A stretch of DNA of 63,175 nucleotides, the filler included, from Perkinsus chesapeaki ATCC PRA-425 (taxonomy: Eukaryota; Protista; Perkinsozoa): assembly GCA_013115145.1 (NCBI GenBank). It is 11 parts of 11 records of this genome, joined end to end, with 100 filler letters (N's around TTAATTAATTAA, not from the genome) between each part and the next. Parts side by side here need not be neighbours in the genome. Positions count along the whole stretch, not along the records: positions 13,448 to 17,464 come from JAAPAO010001327.1; positions 17,565 to 25,941 come from JAAPAO010000977.1; 9 more parts are not named here. One strand, given 5' to 3'. The translations under genes were made by a program, and so were the position numbers. Shown here one piece after another: positions 13,448 through 26,041 of this stretch. Each line of letters opens with the position of its first letter. The first letter of the stretch is position 1. Under the pieces are notes generated by a model. That model was not told the DNA's origin. It saw only the letters and a list, made by a program, of their open reading frames with translations, and did not search any database.

Positions 13448-15300
13448 TCACCGACACTAGAGAGACGATCGCCGACACTAGAGAATAACCATATCGTGGG
13501 ATTGGTAAACTTTCGGAAAAGGTGGGCACTGACGAGGACATCCTTGCTCAAGTCCTTGATGACAACCACTGGCGCTGACATTCGGTTAGGACCGTGAATG
13601 AAGACCAAGTCATGAATTGGACAATCACGGATCGGTTTTCCATCAGCCATTGGTGCTGTACAGTTTAGGTTGGGGGACTTCCACACCTTCTCGAACAAGA
13701 GTGTCCATAGTGTTCTGGCTGATGGCTGTCATCTCTGTTTCAGTGTCGAAGAGACCAGTGATAGGGACGGAACCGTTGAGAGATAGTACTCGAACGGTCG
13801 TCGAGCGTAGTGGTGACGTTGACACCGGAGTTGTAGTACCAGCGATCAGGACGTTCTGTAAGGTAAGTGTAGTTGTAGGACTCTTGATTTTCTCCTCGAC
13901 GGCCTTCGAACCTTCTGAAGAAAGGGGACCAGGACAATGAAAAGGGTGGTGCTTGCCTTCAGCGGAACAACGAGGGTATCTTCTATTGGTGCTTGCTGTG
14001 ATCTTGACAGCAGTTTCCACCAGAGCCAATGCTTCTGTTACAATGATGGCATCTCCCTTCTTCCACGGGACTGGGGCTAGGACAATCACGGTGCAGATGT
14101 CCCGAAGGAGGAAGTCCAGCGCTTAGGTCTACCAATACCTTTCCCGCCTTTGTGGGGTTGTTGACGGTTGTCCGGAGCTGATTGGGTAGCCGCTACACTG
14201 TTGGCAGCATTGATGGTCTTGGAGTTTGTGGGGATATGGCCAGTCTTCCGGTGGGCATTGGCTAACTGCCTAACCCTGTCGAGCCGGATGAGGTCGTGTA
14301 GGAGGTCGAGATAGCCCAGAGAGGTCATTTTAGCCAAACCAACTTGGAGCCAACTGCACCTTGGAGTCTCCCCACTTGGTATCTTGTACCCTCGAACAGC
14401 TTGAGGTACTCGGAGGGTATAGAGAACATAGTCGACAGATTTCCGAGGCATACCCGGCTGCAGAGCCTTGATGATGTGGTTGAACTTCTCGGCGAACCGC
14501 GTTACTGATGATTCTCATGAAGGTAAAAGTAATATTCCACAGATGTCCAAGCATTATGCGCTTCTGCTTCGTTGGCCGCCCTGAAGATGTCGCTGATGGA
14601 AGAGGGGCTCTTCGAAGTAGACACCAGACGTGGAGACGGGAGCCGCTTCAGAGACGACGGGCGCGGTTGGGCTTGCAGGGGAGGGGCGTACAGAGTAGGC
14701 GGGGAAGCTTGTCAACTCCGTAAGGTTGGAGTTGACCGGGTCCTTGAGGAACTCTTCGGTTGCTGGTGGAAGCTCTATGTCGACGGGAACATCCTCCGGG
14801 GAAAGGACGGCGCCTGTCAGGGGGGCCTTTCCAAGGGGAATGGTGTCGGTGGTATTGCGCAAGCCTTGAGTACTGAGTCTTGTAGGAGCTCGCAATCCAT
14901 GCCCCAAGGAAGGGCTGGTCTGCCAAGTGGAAGTACTGGACGGTATCAGCAAGGAGCTGGGCGCTGACAGTAGCATAATGGGCCTCTATGATGACGTTGA
15001 GAGCATGGCCAGACTCTGTGCTTCTTAGAACGTGTACGGGAACATATTTATCCTTGTTGGGGAGCTTGATGTACCGTAGAGTAGTTGAAGTAGTAGACGA
15101 TGGAGCCATGATCCCGGTAGAAGAACTGTCTAGTTAACGAACGATGTTCTTGGTGTGAAGGGAGTGAGAAAGCCTTGGAGTCAATTGAAGGGAATAAGAA
15201 CTCTCTTTAGAACTAATTGCGGAGTTCCTACGTCACGATGCGACGCATCCACGTGACATGACCGGCCCCACGCGCCATATAGACAAGAGCACGCGTGCTC
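13448..15300 (-). mobile_element. LTR-retrotransposon-like gag + zinc knuckle + aspartic protease fragment
   Basis: Intronless frameshifted ORFs from ATG 15109; knuckle-like RCSAEGKHHPFHCP and protease-like ITGLFDTETEMTAIS; runs into a gap. Confidence 0.7.
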
Positions 15301-15399
15301 GGCGTCACGAGAGCAATGGAACGTCTAGATTAGTTCAGCACAATACCATAGCGGACAGTCCTTGGAAATTTTTGCTCGGTGAAGCGCCCTTTCTTACCC

Positions 15400-17464
15400 C
15401 TTCGACGCTGGGGTAATGAAAAATAACTCCTCAAATACTTCCACTCATCCGAGGTTTCCTCTTGCATCACATATGCCGTGAAAATTTTGTGCCTGCATAT
15501 GTGTCGTCGGCACGGTTGGAGGCAGGAGCAAGTGGACAGGCGCGGAGGGGGAGCATTGATATTCGCAAGGTTACCGCAGTGTTATCAAAGGACACGATGG
15601 CGTAGGCTTTTGCGGAGGGCGTGCACTTCTGCGAGGGATCGAGAAGTGAAGGTTACCAACTTCATAGCTTCGAAGTCCTCCTCCCCGAAGACGCGATCAG
15701 TAAGCAGGGGCTCTCCCGATCCCTTCCTATGCCCTTTCCGGGCATAGAGCCACTGATCCTCACTTTGTAGAGCTGCGCTATTAGGGCTATACCATGCCGG
15801 AGGTATGAGGAAGTAGCTCTCGGACTCGAAGAAGCTAACCGCTAGCTTCTTCTGGTCTTCAGTTACTTATCCCACGAGAATCCCGCCCCCATACTGGGAA
15901 AGCCTTATCCATTTACGAGGAGACGCAAAAAATCCTAAAGGACAAACTTCGGCGATATCTGGCCTTCAACAGAACCTTCTTCGGTTCGCCGTTGAATCGT
16001 TCTTGTTGTTTGCCCGTGGCCCGATTGCGTGAGATCCCCAGAAAGCCCGCCAATCCTCGTCTTCTAAATAGTCCTTATATTTGCCAATAAGGCTCTAGAT
16101 CTCAGATTTCTCTGTCTGCTCTACTGATCACGGATTCTCATAACTGGTGCAGAAATTAAATTCAAGAAGAAAATGAGTGGATGGAAAGGATAGTAAATAT
16201 AGATGATCATAATATGAAAAAGAAAAAGCTTGGCAAAAGGGAGGCTAGGAAAGTTCGAAGAAATCGATGGGATAAGAGGGGCTATGCTATGTTAAACTCC
16301 CATTTAGTCAATTTTGGTATATACTGATTCGATCCTTCCAGCTCACTGGCCTACCTTCAAGCCCCTCTCTGAGGAAAACTTTTCCAGGAAAGGATCCCTG
16401 AGAACTTGCCACTCCTGGGACCTTAGCTTCAGCCTTTGCGTCTTTGGCCCTGTGCACCACGTTAGGGAGCTTAATATCTGTATTCGATCTCCGAATACCT
16501 CAAAAAGCGCATTATGATCTGCCAGCGAATCATCCGTAATGATAGCATTAGGCTAGGTACGCCGGCATCCTCTGCGGCTGCCATGCGTTGCTTAATACTA
16601 TGAGAGAGTGCCTCGGAGTCTTCGCTCTTGATGATGGCGATTCGACCGGTTCAGCGGCCTCATGGGGGAGGATTGAGGCGAGGCCGGCTATTGAGATTCT
16701 TGGATGAGGGTTTGAACGTCGTATCTATTGTAACTATTTCCTTCAAGTTTGCCAACATTGTTGGACTTGTAGCCAAAGCAGCGAGCACCTCAACCAGGCT
16801 TCCCCAGGCCCTGGTACCGAGCGGAATAGGATGTCCCTAACAATAATGCAGTCATCGGCCAGTAGAGCTTTACTCGTGGTACCGGGATCAGTGGAGCCAC
16901 TCTCTATCGCGGCTAGCGCGCAAATTATATGCGCGTATATGCGGCATATAATGTCCGCAGTTTCTCCTCGAAGAGACAGAGAGTTTCGGCGTAGAAGAGA
17001 GAGTTGTTCGACGAAAGCATCGACGGACAATTCGGATCTACCATTAGGCATAATTGAGCTGGCCGCTCCCCTTAGAGCTTCGTAGCCTTGAGGCCTTTGT
17101 TCAGAATGAGCGCCACCGTGCTTGAGTTGTATTTACCGTTTGCGTACTATTCTTTACTGATCTCGAGCAGGGCATCCAGTGTGAGGCTCGGGTCGACATC
17201 AAGAAGACTGGCCCAGTGGCAGCATTCAAGAGTGGCAGACTTATGAGGATGTGAGCGATCTCGCCACTGCTGTGTAGAGGCTGTGGGTGCTTTCAGCGGG
17301 AAGAAGCAACAACAACTGTCCCTCACCATCCGCACCAGACATTGTGATAGAACAGACAAACTGAGGCCACAGCCGCCAGTCGAGCCGGCTAGGCTTCAAA
17401 GAGTTGCTCTTCTTTCTCTTCGAATGGCCTCTGCGGCACTCAAGAATGCATGTTCGGCGGCCGT
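15400..17464 (-). CDS. Hypothetical multi-exon protein (partial)
   Basis: Open exon-like stretches (e.g. 16743-17051, and DHNALFEVFGDRIQILSSLTW near 16450-16530) with GT-AG boundaries; no family recognised. Confidence 0.35.
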
Positions 17465-17839
17465 NNNNNNNNNNNNNNNNNNNNNNNNNNNNNNNNNNNN
17501 NNNNNNNNTTAATTAATTAANNNNNNNNNNNNNNNNNNNNNNNNNNNNNNNNNNNNNNNNNNNNGTCATCTGCATTGTGTTCATTATGGATCCGCCACCA
17601 GCTCTTTCCGACGGACACCTTGGTTCGTCGCCACAACAGGGAAAAGTGTATGTGTGTCCGTAAGTGCTTGTTCTTCTTCTTCTTCACTGAAGCGTCGCCT
17701 GTTCACTGATAGTGGAGGGCATTTACCGCCGCACTCGAGCTGTCTTACAGAGCTTTTACATACGGAACATCATTATGGTTGTGGGAAACTTCCCCCGGGG
17801 GGGTGAAGGCTGTTGTGTCTTATGATTATGTTTTAACAG

Positions 17840-18075
17840 TATGATTAGTAAGGTTTATACATGAGAAACCTTTACAACTTAATTCCTTTTATATCGCTTT
17901 ATGCAAATACAGTTTATTCAATCGGAAGTGGTGTATTACATACAGATCATGTAGCACCTGTCATCAAGCTGACCTGAAAAGTATCTTTCTCAGTCGCAGC
18001 GGTATACCAGGATATCACAACTCGACTTTGGCAAGGGAAGCGACCAAAAGGTACTTTTGGGCTCCGTTGGCAACT
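17840..18075 (+). mobile_element. Decayed integrase zinc-finger remnant
   Basis: Frame reads LVRFIHE...KWCITYRSCSTCHQ...RYFWAP, resembling a Ty3/Gypsy integrase HHCC region. Confidence 0.35.
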
Positions 18076-18429
18076 TGTGGCTTAGATCGTACACAAACAA
18101 AGTCGGTAAGGCATTTTCAGGACTGATTGGATACTTTTGTTACCTCGGAATTTATTGCCATATATATGACAGTGTTACACGTTTGCCAATGTATGACAGG
18201 CTTAAATTGATAATAGTAATATCATATTTCAATTCGTGTGTTGACTTATCAGTATAATACCTATAAATAATAAATGTGTTGATATATGTGTCATTATTCA
18301 ACTGGTATCAGGCTAATAACCGCTATTAGTATGGTAATGAACCAGTACTATAGCATTATCATCATTATCCATGTTGTGGCCTGTGTACAGTTTCAAGTAG
18401 AATAAGATGAAAGAGAAGATTAGTAGTCA

Positions 18430-18600
18430 TCATTTAATGTGAACTGAGTATTCGTTCAGCAAATAAGAATGATAAACCTGTGGGTCCGGAGTACTTCCTT
18501 CTGCGTGAGAATTTAACTTTTGAAAATCTGTCACCAGTCGATTTTCTGGAACGTTGTCCTGTGCTGTTTTAGGTAGTGCTAGGTTATGACCGTAAAGGCG
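18430..18600 (-). mobile_element. Decayed reverse transcriptase remnant
   Basis: LPKTAQDNVPENRLVTDFQKLN matches the RT motif PK...RLVxDFRxLN. Confidence 0.45.
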
Positions 18601-18729
18601 GGAGCTTGACAGATCTATCTCGAGTATCTGAATTTGAAGATAGGTCATTAGTTTGATAATCAACTCACGTTTATTATTGTTGCCTCCATCAGACATCCCG
18701 ATACTGTCGTTCCCAGTACTCCTCAAACC

Positions 18730-19708
18730 TTGCAACTTCACTATGAATTATTACTGGACCCGGAAGTGCTCACCACCGTGGAGTTGGATGTGGCTCCAGA
18801 TATGTCCTCGGACACCAGTGATGAGAAGGTCCCTGCCGCTCCGCCACTTCAACGCTTGGCGGCGAAATCAATCGTGGATCGTGCTTTCCAGAGAGCCAGC
18901 GATATGACAAGGAATAAATATGGTTGCTCTTTCACGAGTACTTACATTGAGGGCTCCGAAAGCATCCCCGAAACACCCTATTTCGTAAGCTACACTGGAA
19001 ATGCTGCGCGAATATCTACCGTTGTTGCCGGGAAAAACCGTTGTGCTGTCTTTCCGGCGTTGTGCTAGATCCGAAGTACACTCGATTGCAGCTGGCAAGA
19101 TTATCGTTTAAGGTTTTGCAGTTGACGGGGTGACCCCCCCAAAGAATCTACCAACTTTTCAGGTTATAGAACACCAGACAATTAATTTCACCTTCACTGA
19201 GGAGTCACCGATATTAGTCCCCATTATGTTGAATTTTAAAGCGTTCTGGCCTTTAATACAGTGAGTAGAGCGGCTACGTGGAAGCATGAAGGCTGCCGAT
19301 TCCTTTAGATTCAGCAAGCCAATGCAGTTCGACAATAAAGGGTTATCCGCAGTGTCTGAGGGTCCATCGGATGACTTGATGAGGCAGACGCTTCGAGAAA
19401 AAGGCCCGGGAGAAGTGTGCCTCGAATTTATTCGTCAGCTCAAACTGCCCGGGGGGAATACTGAAATGCTAGCAACGGTTATGAACAAGATTGACCTCAT
19501 CGTTATGGGCTCGCTCCGAGTCTCTTATCGAGTGAACTTGAGCAGGAATATGGTGGCACATCCTTCCTTCATTGATCGTCAATTCCAACTTCACGTCCGT
19601 CAGCCAGGGGAAGATAACTGGCAATTGTACCGTGAGAGTGGCAACTTCAGCGAGTGGATAAATACGAGATTGAAAGAGATTCACCAACGTACTCCGGAGC
19701 ATCTCTGA
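18730..19708 (+). pseudogene. Hypothetical lineage-specific protein, apparently disrupted
   Basis: Protein-like ORFs 18730-19068 and 19286-19708 are separated by stops and frame changes without obvious clean introns. Confidence 0.3.
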
Positions 19709-20274
19709 CTTCAAGCAGACCGTAGGAGGTATCGATGTAGGAGCTCTTTATGCTGTTCATGATGTATTGCCGAGGTGTTGATGTTTAAGTGACGCTCCTC
19801 TGGTTTAGTTTTATAATTTCCTACACAACCTAGAATCATCTGGAATCACAGTTGCCTGCATGTCGGATGAAATGTATACTATTATATTGCTTGTATGATA
19901 AAACGTATATTAAAGGGAATCCCGAAGAAAGGAGCTACGAATAGAATACTACCTCATCGTGCCTTGGTGATAAGCAAATTTGTTGTCTGAGGAACCCGAT
20001 GTAAAATCTAGTCTGACAGGGAAGGTATTCTCGATGCTTAAATTCCCTTAAACAGATGCGGGTTTTAAAAGCCAGTAGTGAGACGCTGAAAAATGGTGCT
20101 TTGTGGAATGGGCATATGGTACAATCGCTGAACAGCATATTACTCAGAAAAGCGTTATTCACTGAGTGAGGTACATGTCCTTCGTGCAAGCTAGATTCGG
20201 ATTTTGTGACGGCTGTCCGCTTCTGTGGCGCGGTGCGGGTATGAGCTTCGAAAATAGGAGTTCTGTGGTGTATA

Positions 20275-23200
20275 GAATATTGTGTGGTGATGATGAATTG
20301 TAAGTTATTCCTGTTACTCTCAAATGTCCTACAGAAAAGTCTTCAAAAGATCAAAGGGAAAGTCTGCTGCTGTTGAGCCGACTCGACATCTGTTTCTGGC
20401 TAATTGTGGTAGTATTGGCTTATAGAGCGGGTCAGGGAAGGGGTTGCCGACTGTAGAAATAATGCCATCATTGAGGGCTGATGTCGTAGCATGAGCCCAA
20501 GGGCTGCCACGGTGGCGTTGTTCATGTCACCGGTTTAGCAAGCTTTGTAGAAGTTACCGGCAAGAGGCTTACCCTCCCTTGAAATATTCCGGAATATAAG
20601 CTTCACTGTTCGACTCTAACTATTGTAGAATTCTGGAGGTCAGTTTATCATCATCAACCCACTGCTGAAAAATGCGCTCGGTATCGTCGGTGAATATTCT
20701 TCCTCCGTGGCTGCGGCGCACCATAAATATTTTCATAAATATTTTCCTACACTTCCTGCTGGACTTGTATAACACCTGTAATAAAATCCCCATGTCTCGT
20801 GGGGAATCCTGAGTGTCCGGGCTTGGTGTTCATCCGATATAAGAGCCAAGTATCTTGTAGAGCAGTCCCTCATTCTGGAACTTCTAGAACTCGTATGGGG
20901 TTACTGTATCCTCATGTCCATCAATGATGACCATGGTTTATTAAATCCTTATTACTATCGCACACTAACTCAATCCTTGTTGGATAGTCTTCTTTGTTAG
21001 TGTCTTAGTCCATGTGGAGCTATCGAGGATTTGGTATTCCTTTCTGGTCTGGGAACATTCAAATAGTACTTCGCATCATTCTTCTTAATGTGTTCCTCGG
21101 AGGTGTGCAAAATTTTTGTGATTGTCTCCGTCTGTTGTGGGCATCTTTTCGATGCCCTCGACGCCTTGCTCTGAAGTCTGTTTTAGGTCACTCAAGCGGA
21201 ATAAATGATATTAATGATTTGCAAGAGGCTCTCGGGCATCCGCATGGTCTTAGAGAATGCATCACGGAAAATAACTTCACCTTTGCATCGTTTGATTCGC
21301 CTGAAGATGCTGAGGCATGTCGGAGAGGACTGCCGGATGCGGGGATGTGAGTGAGGGTCCTGCCACCGTGTCACGATGATAAGTAATTATTAATGATAAT
21401 ATTTGGTATTAATAATAGTAAATATTCTCATCTGCGAATTTCAATTCTTCCCTATGGATTATTATCTTTAGCACAGCGAGAGGAAGAACTGGGAAGAAAT
21501 TTTACCCAAATTTTTTGGGGAAAAATAATACATTTTCCTTAGTTGCAGTACGAGCATTGTCGATTGCCGCCGCTGCTCATCGTAGTGTCATCATCACCCT
21601 CTCTCGTGCGTGTCGTGTATTAACCAATTGTCACTCATGCTCCATATTTTTATGAACTTCACCTTCCTGTGGACGAGTAACAAGGCACCGGTGAGGCTTG
21701 TAGTATGGCTGATATGTGCTGCTCTGTGGGGTGCGTATAGATGAGAGATGTGCCACTGGAAGGAGGCATCTTATAGCATTTATAGAATACGATTTGATGG
21801 CAACTATTTTCGAGGAACCCTGACATAGGGACGAATCCGCCTTGAATGCTTTTGAGTCATCGAAGGACAGAAGTTGCCAAGAATATGTTGGCTTCGCAGT
21901 TTGGTTTTACAATATAACATATTATTGCACTTATTCGATGATGTTGAGGAGGGGAGACGGGTGTGATGAGGATAAACTAGTCAACGGAAATCTCTTGAGA
22001 GTCCCTCATAGTGTGAGCGATAGTATTAGTCATACCAATACTGGAGTGTCCTGCTTGTTCCTTGAAGATTGGCTATTGTTCAAGTTTTGGTATTTTCAGT
22101 CGTGCTGAGTTCGTCACAAAGCGAGGGGAGACGCATGAGACCTCCGAGTCGTGGGTCTCGACGACAACTGATGAGCTTCCTCCAGGCCTCACGTTGATAC
22201 CAGATTTTATTACTAAGGAGGAGGAGATGAAGCTTATGGCCCGAGTCGACGAGGGCGATTGGAATACGTCGATACGGAGAAGGGTGAGAAAAATGTAGGG
22301 TGCCGGGATCGAACTTGGATGGTTTGCGGTGTGCATAAGCAATTATCACGCGGCATGTGGAGCTTAGTAAGCCATTCTCTGTGATCGTAGTGAAGCGGCG
22401 GTTCCACTGTAGCCGTATTTGGGGTTTAGAACTGGGCGGCAGGGGTATAGAAGATCAATTACCCTGCATTGCTCCTTGATGTCGAATATTTCATATAGAG
22501 GTTCGTTATGGAATATTTGTTTTTATTTTCGGCAGTTGATGCGTTCGTACAACCGGAAGAGATAAAGTAGAGAAATTCGAATTTCTAAAAAGTGCCATGG
22601 AGGTCCATCTCGGACATGTGGCCTGGATTAGAAGAGTATTCTTTCCAGCAATATATGATCAGAGTTCATATGTCAGGTTCAACATTTTGGCCATACGTTC
22701 AGCTACACCTCTTTAAGAGCTGAGGAGGCGGACTTGACAGGAGATGACATCATGCCATCTTACACTCGAGAGCTGGTTAGGCGAATAGCAACGAATAGTG
22801 TGGAGGAAGCACGAGAGTTTATACCTGATCAACTTACTATTAATGAGTGAGCAATGGAGTATCCATCGGTCGCCTTCTTGATGAGCTCCAGAATGTTAAC
22901 GTGTACATCGCGGATCGCTTGGAGTGGAGAGAGACTTGTTAATGAGATTGTGAAAGTCTACAATTCTGTAGGAAATGCGCTGTACGAAAAATCGACCGGA
23001 ATTTCGCACAATTTTCCCCAAAATTTTTTCTCGCACATATGGAAGCGTATATCACTGTAAATTACCCGGTTCCTTCCTCCCGGGTGGTTGGGTGTCGATA
23101 CCCGAAATTGGAACCGGGAACCCGCGGCCCGTGCACCGGGGTAGGGCTTCCAATATCGTGGTACTAAGCGCTCAGCCAATCAGGCCATCGGTAGCCATAA

Positions 23201-24119
23201 GCTAGCATGAGAACATGAACCACTAGGCTAGCTGGGGATCCGAGAATAGCCTGGTGGGGAGACGCTTCACCAGGGAGGGCGGGTGGGAAAAATGCGAAGA
23301 ATAACTCACTAACTAGTAGTTCATTCGACTACAACTCATTGAACAACCATGTCAATGAACAAACGCGAGATGCGGTAGGTGGGCGGCAGTCCAACTCGCC
23401 CGCCCGACCTCATCGCACTCTAAAGAATCCATGCCACAAACCCGGCAGTCATCCCGAGTAAACTTGGTCAACTGCGTTAACCCTCAGTATAATCACTCAG
23501 GTATATGCCAGGTGTCGGTATTGCTTTCCATGTCGACACACACTCGGCATTTGAAGGGCCAATAGTTATACTGTCGATTGGGGCAGGTGAGGCATCGATG
23601 GCACCGCCGCGGCGGCGCGCCGCCGCGGAACAGCCGGGGCCGATTGGTACTTTAGGAATTGTGTTGGAATTTCGAAGACCATCGGACGGCAAGGCCTTGC
23701 CGCTTTGGCTGCCTCGCCGCAGTTTGGCAATTATGGGAGGCGAGTCTAGGTGAGATGTCACGCGCCATGAAATTAGGCGGAGCGAAGCGGTTTTTGTTGT
23801 CAGGTTTGGTTGGGTGCATGGTATTGCTGGAAGGAAAACAGACAGAGTGGGGAAGAATAGCGAGCTGGTCCATCGGGAACGACGCATATCTTTGACCTTT
23901 CGCCAGGTAATTACGAACTGCGAAGATTTTCGAGCGCACTGTGAAGATTCTTTTTTTCAATCTCGCTCGCCCAATTCACATGCGTGCAAAACCGTGCGTT
24001 GATGTTTTTAGATGAAGAACAGTCCGTGTTGTTGCAAATGGCCAGTGTTATGTGACACGCAGAATCCTAGCAGTCTGGTGTTGCCCAGTCGTGTTCACTC
24101 TGAAGAGCGACTTGTTTAG
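20275..24119 (+). CDS. ALKBH8: ALKBH8-like 2OG-Fe(II) dioxygenase (RRM + AlkB + Zn finger, no methyltransferase domain)
   Basis: Spliced peptides: [12 protein letters not shown]|[24 protein letters not shown] (RRM), [19 protein letters not shown]|[33 protein letters not shown] (HxD), [14 protein letters not shown], and last exon 24012-24119 [17 protein letters not shown]. Start codon not located. Confidence 0.88.
22289..22318 (-). other. tRNA 3'-end-like fragment in ALKBH8 intron (antisense to gene)
   Basis: Minus strand CCAAG TTCGATC CCGGC ACCCTAC A TTTTT, 5 nt inside intron 22284-22676. Confidence 0.6.
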
Positions 24120-24139
24120 CTTGTTTCTTATAATGTTAG

Positions 24140-24175
24140 AAAACGTCTTGTGTTGGGATCGAACCTGGGTCGTTC
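24140..24175 (-). other. tRNA 3'-end-like fragment between ALKBH8 stop and H4 start
   Basis: Minus strand CGAC CCAGG TTCGATC CCAAC ACAAGAC G TTTT. Confidence 0.55.
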
Positions 24176-24184
24176 GATGGGTAG

Positions 24185-24517
<333 letters not shown>

Positions 24518-24540
24518 CTGAGCAGCGGGCAGATTGTACA

Positions 24541-25241
24541 TTTTTGAGATGATTTTGTTGTTGATTCAAGTCCATTACATTCAATATAGCAGATGAAGTA
24601 GTAGGAGAATGCTGCCTTGGAGATTGTGCTGTGTTTAAGTCATATGTGATTTGGGGAAAGAGTGGTACGAGAACTGCGTGGTTGAAAATCCGTCCGCCTG
24701 CAGTTTCGAGGACTTCGCCAATCCTCCACCGAATGCAAGGCGCGCCATCAACTCGCAATTTGATGCAGTCCGCGAACCAATGTTGAGGATGTAGCGATAA
24801 CTGCACCGAAATCCAACGTGACACTAATGAGCAGAGGGGTTCCACGGCTAGATGATCGAGGTTGGCTCTCTGTCATGCAAGTCAAAATTGCTGCCGAACT
24901 TCCGTATCCATCAAACCACTTCAACTCCATAAGTCCTTCGATATTGTGCTGGTCACATTTATCATATCTAGCCGCTAGATTCTCTATTATAAAGTATATA
25001 AAGGGAGGTCGACCTTCCACCACCATCTTGGAGCATAAATCCTATGCCGAGGTAAGAATGCGGCAGCTGGCAGTAACCGCCCGTAGCTCTTGAGCTGTTC
25101 CTCTCGTAGCGGTCTTGTAAATTCCAGATCGGATAGATTCCCTATACGCAATTTCCCTACACGAATTTTTCGAGCCTCTCGAGTCGACGTCTGCGTTTCA
25201 CGTATTTGATGAAAAATTATGTACTTGAAAGTCGAGCCCAT
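24541..25241 (-). CDS. Hypothetical protein (fragmented ORFs)
   Basis: Overlapping minus-strand ORFs 24435-24845, 24748-25026 and 24987-25241; no motif recognised. Confidence 0.22.
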
Positions 25242-25402
25242 GACTTACTGAGTTAGTAGGCGAATCTGCGCCCCCTACAGTTGCTATGAATGCATGATGG
25301 TCATGGAGAGTAAATACAATCCCCCTAGTTTGAGCTCCTTCCTCTGTGGTTCATTTACTGCAATGCTGCAGCCATTCAGTGTTGTTGTGTTTATGGCCGC
25401 AC

Positions 25403-25786
25403 ATGAAGCTTACAAGCATGCCTGGGAAGTGGTGGGGCTAGGTGGAGGGACAGAACCCAAAGGTGTGACACAAGAGCTAGGTAGGAGACTAGTTCTACCG
25501 GAGGGGAGTGGCGTCCCTTCTGTTGTATAATCAAATTATTTCGGATCAGTGTGAAAATGAAAGAGTTACAGTTTACAGAATGAAGGATTGAACATTCGGC
25601 ATGAATTGTATTTATTACTGTTCAATGATGTAATTTAAGAGAATAATTCTATAAGTATTAATAATAGTATAAAGTTGATTTTTTCAGGCGGATGGGATGA
25701 CCACTTTCCTGGTGAAGGACAGTACCTTTGTAGGAGTTGTCAAAGTTTACTCTATGATGCTCAACATAAATTTGATTGTGGCTGCG
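25403..25786 (+). CDS. msrB: Methionine-R-sulfoxide reductase MsrB/SelR, partial
   Basis: GGTEPKGVTQELG|GWDDHFPGEGQYLCRSCQSLLYDAQHKFDCGCG| matches MsrB GTE...G.Y.C..C...L....KFDSGCG. The rest is lost in the gap. Confidence 0.82.
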
Positions 25787-25837
25787 GTGAGCTCATTGGA
25801 TTACTCAATGCATTCTTGTTCGTTCACATGCGCTCTT

Positions 25838-25941
25838 CTACTCCATTAAAGGTGTCTTTTCCTACTCCATTAAAGGTGTCTTTTCCTACTCCATTAAAGG
25901 TGTCTTTTCCTACTCTATTAAAGGTGTCTTTTCCTACTCTA
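25838..25941 (+). repeat. 24-nt tandem repeat in MsrB intron
   Basis: CTACTCCATTAAAGGTGTCTTTTC, about 4.3 copies, running into the gap. Confidence 0.95.
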
Positions 25942-26041
25942 NNNNNNNNNNNNNNNNNNNNNNNNNNNNNNNNNNNNNNNNNNNNTTAATTAATTAANNN
26001 NNNNNNNNNNNNNNNNNNNNNNNNNNNNNNNNNNNNNNNNN

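Noticed and set aside
23095-23140. Additional tRNA-like T-arm in the long ALKBH8 intron (also near 38705-38735 and 43060-43090)
   Set aside because: T-loop consensus is broken and there is no consistent variable-loop or acceptor geometry, so these were not counted.
23185-23205. CGGTAGCCAT as a spliced-leader relic inside an ALKBH8 intron
   Set aside because: Only a short partial match, lacking the GCTCAAG end and not upstream of a start codon.
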